The translations under genes and the position numbers were made by a program. 64,000 nt of DNA from Takakia lepidozioides (lineage: Eukaryota > Plantae > Bryophyta), in NCBI GenBank assembly GCA_030704615.1, contig CM060731.1, positions 43,214,001 to 43,278,000 on the forward strand, given 5' to 3'. Shown in pieces: positions 51,050-62,377 of the stretch; positions within the stretch are counted from its first letter, which is position 1, and every line of letters starts with the position of its first letter. The notes beneath the pieces were generated by a model. The model did no database searches. It saw only the letters and a program-made list of their open reading frames with translations, and was not told the DNA's origin.

Positions 51050-51975
51050 GAAGGCATTTGCCTTCTGGTTTGGCGGGATCAACACCGGATTGGCTGCTGT
51101 TCTACAGGCAGGTGTACGGGTACGGCGTTACCTGTGTGTGGAGAAGGATGAGACTGCACGACGCGTCTCCCTACGCCATGTTGCTCAGTTGGTGTAGCAG
51201 TACCCTGAGTTGTTGCCGGGGCCTTGCCAGGAGATATTTCGTTGCTGGGGGCGCAGGATTTGGAGCGGGTTGGCTCCATTGATTTGGTAGTGGCAAGTTG
51301 GCCCTGCCAAGGGCATTCATCAGCCGGGCATGGCAATGGATTGTGAGACTCGAGGTCGGGTCTGTTTTGGAGATGGTGCGGGTTTTGCGCCACTTACAGC
51401 TTCATCAAGCTGTATCTCCAGCATACATCTTGGAGAATGTGCCACTGATGGGCAATTCTCGGGCCAGGGTGATGGCCAGTGTGCATCAAGTCCGGTTGTG
51501 GCTTGGGTCAGCAGTGTTGCTGGATGCAGTTGCAGTGGGGTCACGGGCTCATCGTCCACGGTTATGGTGGACTAACTTGATGCCACCCGCACTGCTTAAG
51601 CGTGCATTTGATGGGGTGCAGCGGCCAGCACACCTCGCAGTGGATAGCATTTTGGACACAAGGAGGCAGTCTCAGCATGTGAGACACGATGACCGTTCGC
51701 CTTTGGCAGTGGTCAACAAGGTGGGTCAACCACGAGCAACACTACCTACACTGCTCAGCTTCCCGGGATCGCATGCTTTCCGGGATAATGGACTTGGCCT
51801 CCTGTGGGATGCTCAGTTGCAACAATTAGTGGAGCCTAATGCCGACGAGCAAGAGCGGGCTATGGGTTTTTCCACTGGAACCACGGCGGTGCCTTCTCTT
51901 TCTGAGGCATCACGTCGTCAGGTGTTGGGGCAAGCAATGGATCTAAATTGCTTGACCTGGATTATCAGCTTGGCT
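51050..51975 (+). pseudogene. DNMT3-like C5-cytosine DNA methyltransferase domain within retrotransposon pol
   Basis: Motif I FGGI, II VEKD, III GDI, IV WPCQG (Cys codon 51305-51307), VI YILENV (51433-51441), VIII AHRPRLWWTN, IX EQERAMGF, X RRQVLGQAM, in canonical order. A few frameshifts and stops. Confidence 0.9.
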
Positions 51976-52845
51976 ATGGCTGAGCAACGTAGAGTGCGGA
52001 GTGCACTTCCCTTGATGGTCTCTCTGCCTACTAAGACGATACAGGCAGTGAGTGGGGGCGAGCCGGTGAGGACCACGGGGTGTAGACATCCATGGCACAC
52101 GTGGGAGGTGCTCAAGGCTCAGAGGGAGTTGGCAGCCAAGGCGGCTGTGATGGATGAGGTTGGGGATTCTTCTTGGGTTGAGGAGGTCTTCAAGGATGAG
52201 ATGATGGGGCAGGATGAGGCCTTGTCATTGACTGAGCAGGCAGGGAGTATTGCTCAAGAGGTTGCGGCATAGCAACCACGGGACGCGTCCTCTACCTCTA
52301 AGTCTGTTGGACTTAAGGTTGCAGTTACGAAGGGCAATTGGGAGCCTGACATTGGACCTATTGTCACTAGAGGAGAGAGACGACGTATACGGCAGTTCTT
52401 GAGGCTTATAGGAATTGCTTTGCCTCTCGTGCTACGGTGGAGGAGCATGAGAGACATGTTCAGGTTGTGCATCGACCGGGTTTGGTCAATAGGATGCGGA
52501 TGGATTGAGTCGCAATCCATGCACAAGCCAGCAAGATGACACTGGAGCTCGGTGGCATGGTGAGACAAACAAGGAGATGGTGTTGGGATGGCATGCATCT
52601 GCCTTTTGTGTATCTTGGCATCGGGAGGTCAGGTTGGACCTACAACAGGGATGACTGTAGACGGAGTGTCTGAGGACCCTGAGGCTAGTAATAAGCCAGG
52701 TGGTGCCAGAGATATACATGAGGATTCGGTTGTGTTAGACTACCTCCGCACTGGAGACACGGCAGCTAGTGTGACTGCCAAGGAGAGGGATCGGATCCTA
52801 CAATGAGCCAAGAGGTTCAAGTGGGAGGGGATACACCTGCTTCAA

Positions 52846-54048
52846 ATGTGGGAGGATGGTCGGGTGAGGATTGTGCCTCACCCAACACAACGTGCACGGT
52901 TAGTGCGGCATGCCCATGAGGAGTTGGGGCATTTTGGAGTGCAACGCACTCATAGTTTACTGCAGGGGCAGTATTGGTGGCGTGGTATGCACACAGAGGT
53001 GCAACAGTTCGTGGCTAGGTGCATGGTGTGTGACAGGGTGTGTGCTTCATTCAACGCCCCTACACCGCAGTTGCATCCTTTACCCATCATGGGATCGGGC
53101 TACAAGTGGAGTCTTGACTTTGCAGGGCCTTTGCCACTGACGATGTGTCACCACAGATACGTGTTGGTGATGGTGGAGCACTTCTCCAAGTGGATTGAGT
53201 TGGTTCCATTGCCTAACAAGGCTAGTGAGGGGGCTACGTATGCATTCTTGGATCGTGTGCTTAGCCGATTCAGTGCTTCAGCTGAGGTACTCACGGACCA
53301 AGGGAGAGAGTTCTTGGGGGAGTTTCAGGCTTTGTGTGATAAAGCCTTGATAGACCACCGTACCACTTTTCGGGATCATCTTGAGGCCGATGGCTTGGCA
53401 GAGAGAGTGGTGCAGACGGTGAAGAGGGGTTGGCGCAAGTATGACTTGCAAAAAGGACACCTAGGAGATTGGGATCTTCAGGTACCTTGGCTAGCCATGG
53501 GCTACAGGTTTTGCAAGCAAGCATCACTTGCCTCCTTCTCACCATATTTCCTTCTCTTTGGCCGAGAGCCAGATTTGCCTGCGTCTATTTGCAGGAAGGC
53601 TACAGTAGTCCTCAACCTTGATGATCCGGATGTATGGACACAAGCATGTGCCCAGCGGGCAGAGTTGTTCAAGAGAGTCATGCCTATGGCTTTTGAGAAT
53701 CTTGCTATTGCCCAACACCGAGACACATTGAGGTATGTCACTATACGTGGAGGGGGATATCAGCCAAGTGTTCGGCGTTTCTACCCTGGGGACTATGTGT
53801 ATCTGCAGCAGACATCGCCTATGACCTTGGATGTTACAGCAGGATGTATGATTCTAAGGGTCACGGAGGTGTTGCCTTCAGGAGTGTTGATTCTGGAGGG
53901 TCGAGATGGCATGGTATGGAAGGATCATGTGCGCAATTGTGCGCCATGTCACCTTCCACATGTGGATGGGAGGATAGATCCCAACCTTGCAGTGGTACCT
54001 GCAGGATTGCGTTGCATGCTATGTGGGCATGCTCGTGGTGCCGCCACT
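52846..54048 (+). CDS. Retroviral-type integrase of element 2
   Basis: HAHEELGH...CMVC; WSLDF, TDQG, GLAERVV, SPYFLLFG; ends LRCMLCGHARGAAT at the insertion point. Confidence 0.9.
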
Positions 54049-54669
54049 TGTTAGAGGGCTGCTTGGGACTTAGATGCTAAATTTTTGCGCAGACTGAGAC
54101 CAACATGAGCCTTAGGGGTGGCAGCAGCAGACTTAGGGGGGGGGGGGGGTGACACAGCCCGCCACAGCTTCGCACAGCCAATCACAGCCAGCCCGCCACA
54201 CGTTCGCACAGCCAGTCACAGCCAACATAGCCCGACATAGCCCACCACAGCTTCGCATTGCCAGTCACAGCCGACACAGCCTAACACAGCCAGTCACAGC
54301 CCGCCACAGCTTCGCACAGCCCGACACAGCCGACACAGCCAGTCATAGCCCGACACAGCTCGGCACAGCTTGACACAGCCTGTCACAGTACATAGGGAAC
54401 AGTTATCATTGGCAGGGAATGACTGTGAGGGATGACGGTTAATTAGTTAGGTGGTTAGAACAGCTTGCGGGCAGATAAGGAGAGCGGCAACGGAAAGAAG
54501 GACACTTCACGGGGGGACACTTTGGGGGGAGCACTTCTTGGTCACGAAGGAGAGGAGATCAGGCGGAGAGCAAGAACGAGAGCACGGAGAAGGAGGAGAG
54601 CTGTACATTAGATGTTTATTTCAGGCAGAACAGTAGTGATACTGTAGGGCGGATTAGAGTCACTTGACA
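54049..54669 (+). repeat. 5' LTR of gypsy element 3
   Basis: Starts TGTTA exactly where the integrase of element 2 breaks off and ends TGACA, followed by TTGG (PBS-like). Contains a CACAGC(C) tandem array at 54150-54388. Confidence 0.7.
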
Positions 54670-54890
54670 TTGGCCTAGTACCTGATAAATCGTAATCTGA
54701 TACTTATTCGATACAAGCACACTGTGTAGAGAGACATGAGTGAAGCTGTGAAATGAATGCATGATTTAACTGAAACTAAGAAGATACTGAAGCAATCTGA
54801 TGCTTCAGTATCAGATAAGGTAAATTGATAACATGAAGGTAAGAAGGAATACAAAGGGGAAGCACAACCATGATACACTAGCTGCAGGTC

Positions 54891-55586
54891 ATGACTGATT
54901 ATACTGAGCGGGCTGAGTGCTTAGAGATATCCAACTCTTCTATCTTGGAGTTTCCACCTCGGATAGCGAAGGGATGGGTGAGTAAAAGCCGCTCGACATT
55001 TGGTGACCATACTAGGGAACTGGGTCATGAACAACCAGATGTGACAGGCATCTGGTGGGATCATGGTGGTTGGAGAATTAAAGAATTTGATGTGAATCAA
55101 ATTCCCTGTGAAACTGAGAAGGAAAGACTGTCCAAACGATTCTTTCAGAGGTTCTTGGAATTGCCAGACGGTTGTAAAGAAAACTTTCTTAAAAGAGTGC
55201 ATGATGCTGACCCTGAGTGGGGTCTGGAGAAAGGGGTGATAAGGATTTATCAGGTGGCCTGTAGAGGAAGAGCACGTTGGTTACCAACACTGGTTTATGT
55301 GATAGCATTGCTATCCATTAAGCAAGTAGAGTTTGAAGGCTGGGAGGAAAGGAAGGTGAATGTTTATACTCATATGCATGAAGAGCTTGTACTGGTAAAG
55401 AATTGGATTCCAAAGGATATTCTATGGATCAAACTCACACCAAGAACAGCTTTCCAGACTTGTTTGCCATATGGTTATATGGTAACGGAGACTTCTAGTA
55501 TAGCCAAGGGTGCATTGAAGCTCGAAAGAAACCCAGGCATATACGAGAGATACTACAGAAGAGAGTTTTGGTTACTGCCACATTAA
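54891..55586 (+). CDS. Additional 231-aa ORF upstream of gag, unknown function
   Basis: Uninterrupted ATG-TAA ORF between the LTR and gag, Trp-rich with globular composition; no motif recognised. Confidence 0.55.
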   Translation: MTDYTERAECLEISNSSILEFPPRIAKGWVSKSRSTFGDHTRELGHEQPDVTGIWWDHGGWRIKEFDVNQIPCETEKERLSKRFFQRFLELPDGCKENFLKRVHDADPEWGLEKGVIRIYQVACRGRARWLPTLVYVIALLSIKQVEFEGWEERKVNVYTHMHEELVLVKNWIPKDILWIKLTPRTAFQTCLPYGYMVTETSSIAKGALKLERNPGIYERYYRREFWLLPH

Positions 55587-55606
55587 AGAAATGAAAGACA
55601 TGGGAC

Positions 55607-57553
55607 ATGAGTGATGAAAGAGAAGCTAGACTCCAGAGATATTCAGCAAAAAGAGAAAGTTATCTGAAAGCTTATTGTCCATATCTTTGGGAGAGAGGAA
55701 TAGACATAGGGGAATCATCTAGACCTCTCACACCATTAAGATCAGAGAGTACATCACCCATACCGGAAGAACTAGAGTTGGATGCCACTCCTTCTTTTTC
55801 TTTGCAAGAAAGATTAAGGGAATTGGTACGGGAAGAAGATCAATCACGAGGTGAAAGATCTGAGGTACATCCCTGGATAAAAGATTTGACAGAAATCTTT
55901 GATAAGAGTTGGCATGGAACACCAAAAGCAGGAACTCCAGTTTCTGAAACGGAAGGTGAAGAAGGAGGAGAGGATGTGGCAGAGCCAACAGAGAGTTCAG
56001 ACTCTCCAACACCATTGCAGTTGAGTTACATGAGTGAAGAAGAAACCCAAGGGCAGAACTTGGAGGATGAAAATAGAGAGAAGAAATTGGAAGAGGAAGA
56101 GAATGAAGAAGTAGACCCAACAGCTGAGGTTGAGACTACAACCAGGACATCCCAACCCGTTGGACCTGGATCAAGTGGAGCACTTGGATCACAGACCAAC
56201 GAAGGTGTCGGCTCAGGGGGATCAGGCGGGCAGCCTGGATCTGGCTCTGGGGTGACAGGGAGTGTGGGAAGTAGTGCAACTAGAGCTGGGAATACTGTGA
56301 ATATCGTGGGGCCAGTAGTAGGGATTGCTCAGGGGCCACCACTGGGTGGAAGATCCACCACAACTACAACAGGTCCTCAAGGACCAGCACCAGCAAGGGT
56401 GCCAGCATCTGTCAGTGGGCAGAGGGTAGGGCCACAGATGGCGTTATAACCAACACGGGCAAAACCACCTTTTCCAATATATTCAGGAAAGGGGATCCCG
56501 ATGTACACATTAGCCAATTTGAGCACATGTGTATAGTGAATAATGAGAATGGCGATGATGCCAAGATGAGACTGTTTCCTTGTTCCCTTATCAAGAAGGC
56601 AAGTGAATGGTATGCAAGATTCCCTGATAATCATTTCCTAACCTGGAATGGCTTGAATACAACATTCCGAAATAGGTTCAGGACAAGTAAAACTGAGGAT
56701 GAAGTATATGGAAGTTTATAACAGTTAAAGCAAAAGAAGCATGAAACTGTTTGAGGAGTATATGAAAAAAATGGAATTGATGATGAAAAAGCTGGCTACT
56801 GTACCAGCACCAGGTTTACAGAAGACTTGGTTTGTGAGTGGACTAAGACCAGAGTTGCAAAAGAAAGTGGATATGTTACCCCATAATACAGTGGAGGAGG
56901 CATTTGAAACAGCGAACAGAATTGAGCAATTGGGAATGCTCAGGAGAGAGAAAAGGGATGATGAGGACTCTGAGGATGAGTCGGATGAGGAAGAAGTGCA
57001 AGAGCTGAAAAGGAAGAGTAAGAGAAAAGAGAAGTTGAAGAGGGATAACTATGAGAAAAGACTAGAAGAAATCTTGAAGAAGTATGCCACAGAGGCTGCA
57101 ACACATTGGAGGAAGGGTGTTTGGTGTACAAAGTGCCAGAATGAAGGCCATACCACCACTGAATGCCACATGAAGGAGAAACATTGTACTATCTGTAAGA
57201 TGAATAACCATTCTACTGAGAATTGTTACTACAACAGAAGGACAGCTGCTAGAGAACCTAGGCAAGTAAGGGTGCATCAAGTGCAGCCCCAGCCAAGAAG
57301 AAACAGTGATTAGGACCACTATGGTAGGCCTGGTGGTTATAACAATGGCATGGAAGGGAGAGGTAATACAAGAGGGAATTACCAAGGAAATTCCAGAGGC
57401 AACTATCAGGGTAATCCAAGGGGGAATTACCAGCCAGGGAATCAGGATTACAGAAATAATCCTAGAGCAGACCAAGGGCGAGGACCCAATGGTGAAGAAC
57501 TGTGTTACTATTGTAATCAGCCAGGACATTGCAAGGCAGCCTGTCCATTCTAG
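55607..57553 (+). pseudogene. gag: Gag of element 3 (frameshifted)
   Basis: KMRLFPCSL..KASEWY..., WFVSGLRPELQ, and knuckles CTKCQNEGHTTTEC, CTICKMNNHSTENC and CYYCNQPGHCKAAC. Confidence 0.85.
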
Positions 57554-57571
57554 ATCAGACACTAGAATGAG

Positions 57572-60500
57572 ATGAGAGCTCCTGTGAATGAGGGCCCAGT
57601 GGTGGCAGCTCACATGGTTAGGCCATGTGTTATACCAGAAGTAAGTACAATGATAGTAACGAGAAGCAAAGCCAAACTAATACCTCCAGTAGAAGAGGAA
57701 GATGATGATAATGAAGATGGCAGTGATGTGCATGAAGATGATAAGGCTTGGAGAGATGAGAAGGAACTGCACAAGGAAGTGGCAGATACCATAAGGGAAA
57801 TGCAGAAGAGTACCTATATTCCTATGGCAGATTCCTCTGATTCTGAAAGAGAAGAAGAAGTGAGTGAGGATGAAAGGAAGAAAGAAGCTGCAGACATGCA
57901 GAGTAATGAAGGGACTTTGGCTGAAGTAATATGCCAGACCAAAGCTGAGATTACCATTGGACAGCTATTGGCTGTGGCACCTTATTGTAGACACAGGCTA
58001 TATCAAGCAATCAATCGAATTGCCCATGTGACAGGAAACACAGACCTGAACAGCAAGGTGACCAGTTATAATGTGAAGCCGGAAGGGCGAGAAACAGTCA
58101 TGGACTTTGATGATTCTATGCCAGTAATCCAATTGAGAATTGGAAGCACAGAACTAACTGATGTACTGATAGATGGAGGCTCTGGAGTGAATATCATGAC
58201 ATACCAATTAAGGCAGAAGCTTGGTCTAAGTAACATGAAACCAGCCCCATTTACAGTAACAATGGCAGATCAAAGAAGTGTACAGCCATTGGGATTGATA
58301 AGAGGAGTTAAGATACAGATTCAAAAGATGATCTTTATGATCACAGCAACTGTGTTGAAAATGGATGAAGTTATGGAAGCTTACTCCTTATTGTTGGGAC
58401 GTCCGTGGCTGAAACAGGCCAGGGTATTCCATGACTGGAATCCCAGTTACTAACTGTGCATAAGGGGATGCACAAGATACAAATTACCACTAAGAAATCT
58501 AGTAGATTACATGCTACGAGAAGACCTCGAGGGGTCAGGGAATATGACGGGAGGGGAGGACTGGATGAGGAGCAGGAAGCTACCATGTTTGCTGCACACC
58601 CAGAGTGGGAACAGGTTGCAGAGATGCAGCTGGAAGGCCTAAGTTGTTTAAAAGGTATCTGTTGTGGTGTAGTGACAGCAACACCAATTGAAGGAGAAAT
58701 AAGCAGTTACCCACCACATTTTTATGAAGAAAGAGAAGGAGAAATGGAAATCCTAGAGGAACCAGCCACTGTGAGTTTACAGGATGAAGTGGTGACTAGT
58801 TGGACAATCACAGCTGATGAGCAGTTGAGAGAAGTGTATGTGGGAACTGAAGAGGAACCGAGGATGGTGAAGGTAGGGGCTGATTTGGAGCCAGAATTGA
58901 GGAAGCTAAGAGTTTGTTCATCAAATACAAAGATGTATTTGCTTGGAGCTACGAGGATCTAAAAGGGATACCACCTGAGATCTGTCAGCATAAGATTGAA
59001 CTGGAACCAGGGTCAGTACCAATCAAATAGGCAAGGTACAGAATGAATCCCAACTATGCACAAAAGGTTGGAGAAGAGATCAAGAAGATGGCTGAGGCTA
59101 AGTTTATATACCCGATAGAGTATACAACTTGGTTGTCACCCATTGTGATAGTTCCCAAGAAGAATGGTAAACTGAGAGTTTGTGTGAACTATAAGAAATT
59201 GAATGCTTGCACGAAGAAAGATCCTTTTCCTTTGCCATTCACAGAAGCGGTATTGGACACTGTGGCAGGCCATGAGATGTACTCATTCATGGATGGCTTC
59301 AGTGGTTATAATCAAGTGCAAGTGGCAGAAGAAGACCAGGGAAAGACGGCTTTCATCACAGACTGGGGTGCTTATGCATACAAAGTCATGCCTTTTGGAC
59401 TTTGTAATGCACTAGCAACCTTTCAGAGAGTGATAAGTGAATCTTTCATGAGTATCTGGATGATTTCATGCAGGTGTTCTTGGATGATTTCAGTGTGTAC
59501 AGCTCTAAGAATGAGCACTTGCATAAATTGGAGTTATGTTTGGCCAGATGCAGAATGAGAGGTCTGGGCCTGAATCCAGAGAAGTGTACTTTCTGTGTGA
59601 ACTCAGGGGTGCTTCTGGGACACATTGTGGATCCCAGGAAGACAGAGGCCATTAAAGCCTCACCACCACCAGTAAATGTTAAGAGTCTAAGGAGATTCCT
59701 TGGACAAACCAGTTATTACAGAAGATTTGTCAAAAGGTATGCACAGATAGCAGCACCATTGAGCAAGCTTCTGAAGAAAGATGCAGTGTTTGCATGGACA
59801 GCTGAATGTCAACAGGCTTTTGAGGAACTTACATTGTCAGTAACAACTACACCTGTGCTGATTAACCCTCACTGGCATGTAGTATTTCATGTTCACTGTG
59901 ATGCCTCAGGAGAAGCGTTGGGAGCGGTGTTAGCCCAAAATGTTACAGGAAATATAGATTCACCTGTGTACTATGCTAGCAGGTTGATGAACAGTGCTGA
60001 AAGGAACTATAGCACAATTGAAAGAGAAGCACTCGCAATGATTAATGTAGTCAAGAAATTCAGGCATTACCTATTGGGAAGAAAGTTTATGTTTTATGTG
60101 GATCACCGGGCTCTGATATATCTGGTGAACAAACCTTTGATAAGTGGAAGGACAGCGAGGTGGTTAATAATCTTGCACGAGTTTGAGTTCGAAGTTGTTT
60201 ACAAGCCTGGCCGTTTGCATCTTGTGGTAGATCATTTGTCACGCCTAACAACAGGAGAGCCCGCCACAGGAGTAGACGACCAATTACCTGATGCGAGTTT
60301 ATTTGCAATGGAGGTGCAAGGAAGTGCAGATGAATGGTTAGATTGGCAGTGGCCAATCAGATACTACCTTACTCATGGTCAGTGCCCACCTAGTTATGGT
60401 AAGGAGCAGAGGAAGAGAATCGCTATCAAGGCTTTACCTTATACTATGGTAGGGGCAGAATGTATAAGCTAGGACCTGATGGAGTACTTAAACGATGCTT

Positions 60501-61570
60501 GTACCACCATGAAGTAAATAAAGTTTTGGAGGAAGTTCATAAAGGAGTGGCTGGAGGTCATTTGGAGAAGAGACTACCAGTAGGAAGATACTACTTGCAG
60601 GTTACTGGTGGCCAACTTTGTTCAAAGATGTACACAAGTATTGTCAGAGTTGTGATGAATGTCAGAGGCTAGGACATTTGCAGAGATCTGGGAAGATGGC
60701 TTTGCATCCTACGATGCCTACTGAACCATTTCAGAAATGGGGACTAGACTTGTTGGACCAATTAACCCACCGGCCAAGAATACACAGAACAAGTACATAA
60801 TTACAACCACTGATTATACTACGAAGTGGGTGGAAGCTAAAGCTTTGAGGACAACACAGCCAAGTCCACAACAAGGTTCCTGTATGAGAACATACTTACA
60901 CGATTTGGCTGTCCTGGATTTGTTAGTGACAGGGAAGTCACTTCATTAATGAGACCATTGAATTATTGACTAAAGAGTTCATGATTGTGCATAGGAAGAG
61001 TACAACGTATTACCCACAAGGTAATGGGCAGGCAGAGGCTACCAACAAAATACTATGTACTATCTTGGCTAAGATAGTCAATGCAAACAGAACGGATTGG
61101 GATACAAAGCTGCTGACAGCTTTGTGGTCATACAGGACTTCATATAAGTCACCACTAAGTATACACCATTCCAATTAGTTTATGGTATGGAAGCTTTACT
61201 TCCAGTGGAATTCTTGTTACCTACCATGAGAACGGAATGGGGAAAGAGAATGGAATTGGAAGATTCAATTAAGGTCAGGAAACATGAATTATACCATGTG
61301 GAAGAAGTACGTGCTGATGTAGCTGATAACATGACCAAAATTCAGATGAAGAGGAAGGAACAGTTTGATGAAAGCAAGTTAAAGACTTTTAAGACGGGAG
61401 ATTTGGTTTTCTAGTTGCAGAAGAAGGGGAAAATTAAAGCTTCTAAGCTTAAATCACCATGGAAGGGACCTTATGTCATACAGAAGATGTATGATAACAA
61501 CACAGCCATGTTACAAACCATTAACAAGGAGATGCTGGGAAGAGTCAATGCCAATAAGTTGAAGGGGTAC
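57572..61570 (+). pseudogene. pol: Pol of element 3 (PR-RT-RNase H-IN), many single-base frameshifts
   Basis: LIDGGSG; FMDGFSGYNQ, MPFGL, FLDD; CDAS...YYASR...EREAL; H..VAGGH, CDEC, YYPQGNGQAE, WKGPY. Confidence 0.92.
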
Positions 61571-61690
61571 AGTGGAATCCATGACAAACCATTGCAGCAC
61601 GATTTGCATGTTGAAACGCAGAAGCAGTCACGGGTTGCGCCAGTGATACCAACAGAGTATGAAGCACTTATCGCTAAGCCGAGTGTATAT

Positions 61691-61860
61691 GATCACAGCC
61701 CATCACAGTGTGACACAGCCTATCACAGCCCATCACAGTGGGACACAGCCTATCACAGCCCATCACAACGTGGCACAACCTATCACAGCTTACCACAGTG
61801 CCACACAGCCTATCACAGCGTACCACAGTATGACACAGCCTGTCACAGCTCAACACAGCC
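61691..61860 (+). repeat. 30-bp tandem repeat built from 10-bp NNNCACAGCC-type subunits
   Basis: tatcacagcccatcacagtgtgacacagcc-like unit, about 5.5 copies. Confidence 0.85.
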
Positions 61861-62377
61861 TACCGGGGTTACACAGTCCATAGGACCAGTGACAGGTGGA
61901 CGTGGGTTAACATCCGGTGAGTGGCCGGCGGAAAAGTGGACGAAGGCAGGTTTAGAAATGGACACGTGGACGCCAGGGCGAGACACACAGCCAGTCATGA
62001 ATTGCAAGAACGGGTGTCATCAAGAAAGAAGACAAAATTGGCCGTCAAAGTACCTACCCGGTACAGTAACTAATTGTGGGCCCATTAATGCATTCAGTGC
62101 CAGGGTAACGGAACCCTTTTCGAGTTCAGAAAAAAGAAACTAATGCCACATGTGCTATCCTAGTGGACAGTCCAGGGGGGAAAATCCACGGAAGGGAATT
62201 AAATTACAAAACCAATCACAGAGCCAACAGCCAATCATGAGCCAGAATTACCTGCACAGGGTATTTTCCAAGAAGCAAAATCAAGAATTTAGAGGGATTC
62301 TGAGCGCAAGAGTCGGCGTCGTTCCAAGTAACGGGCGTCTCGACGGGAGAGACAATCAAAGCTATAGCTTTGAAGCT

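Larger units (their letters stand above)
47990..54048 (+). mobile_element. Ty3/gypsy element 2 (gag, protease, C5 DNA methyltransferase, deleted RT/RH, integrase, PHD-like tail); degenerate and interrupted at 54049
   Basis: Gag with CWTCGGPHVKKDC and CGHCGRYGHGEAQC; protease LLDSGA (~50340); integrase with HHCC and D,D35E residues (52846-54048). The 5' LTR boundary is unresolved (probably within 45390-47900). Confidence 0.85.
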
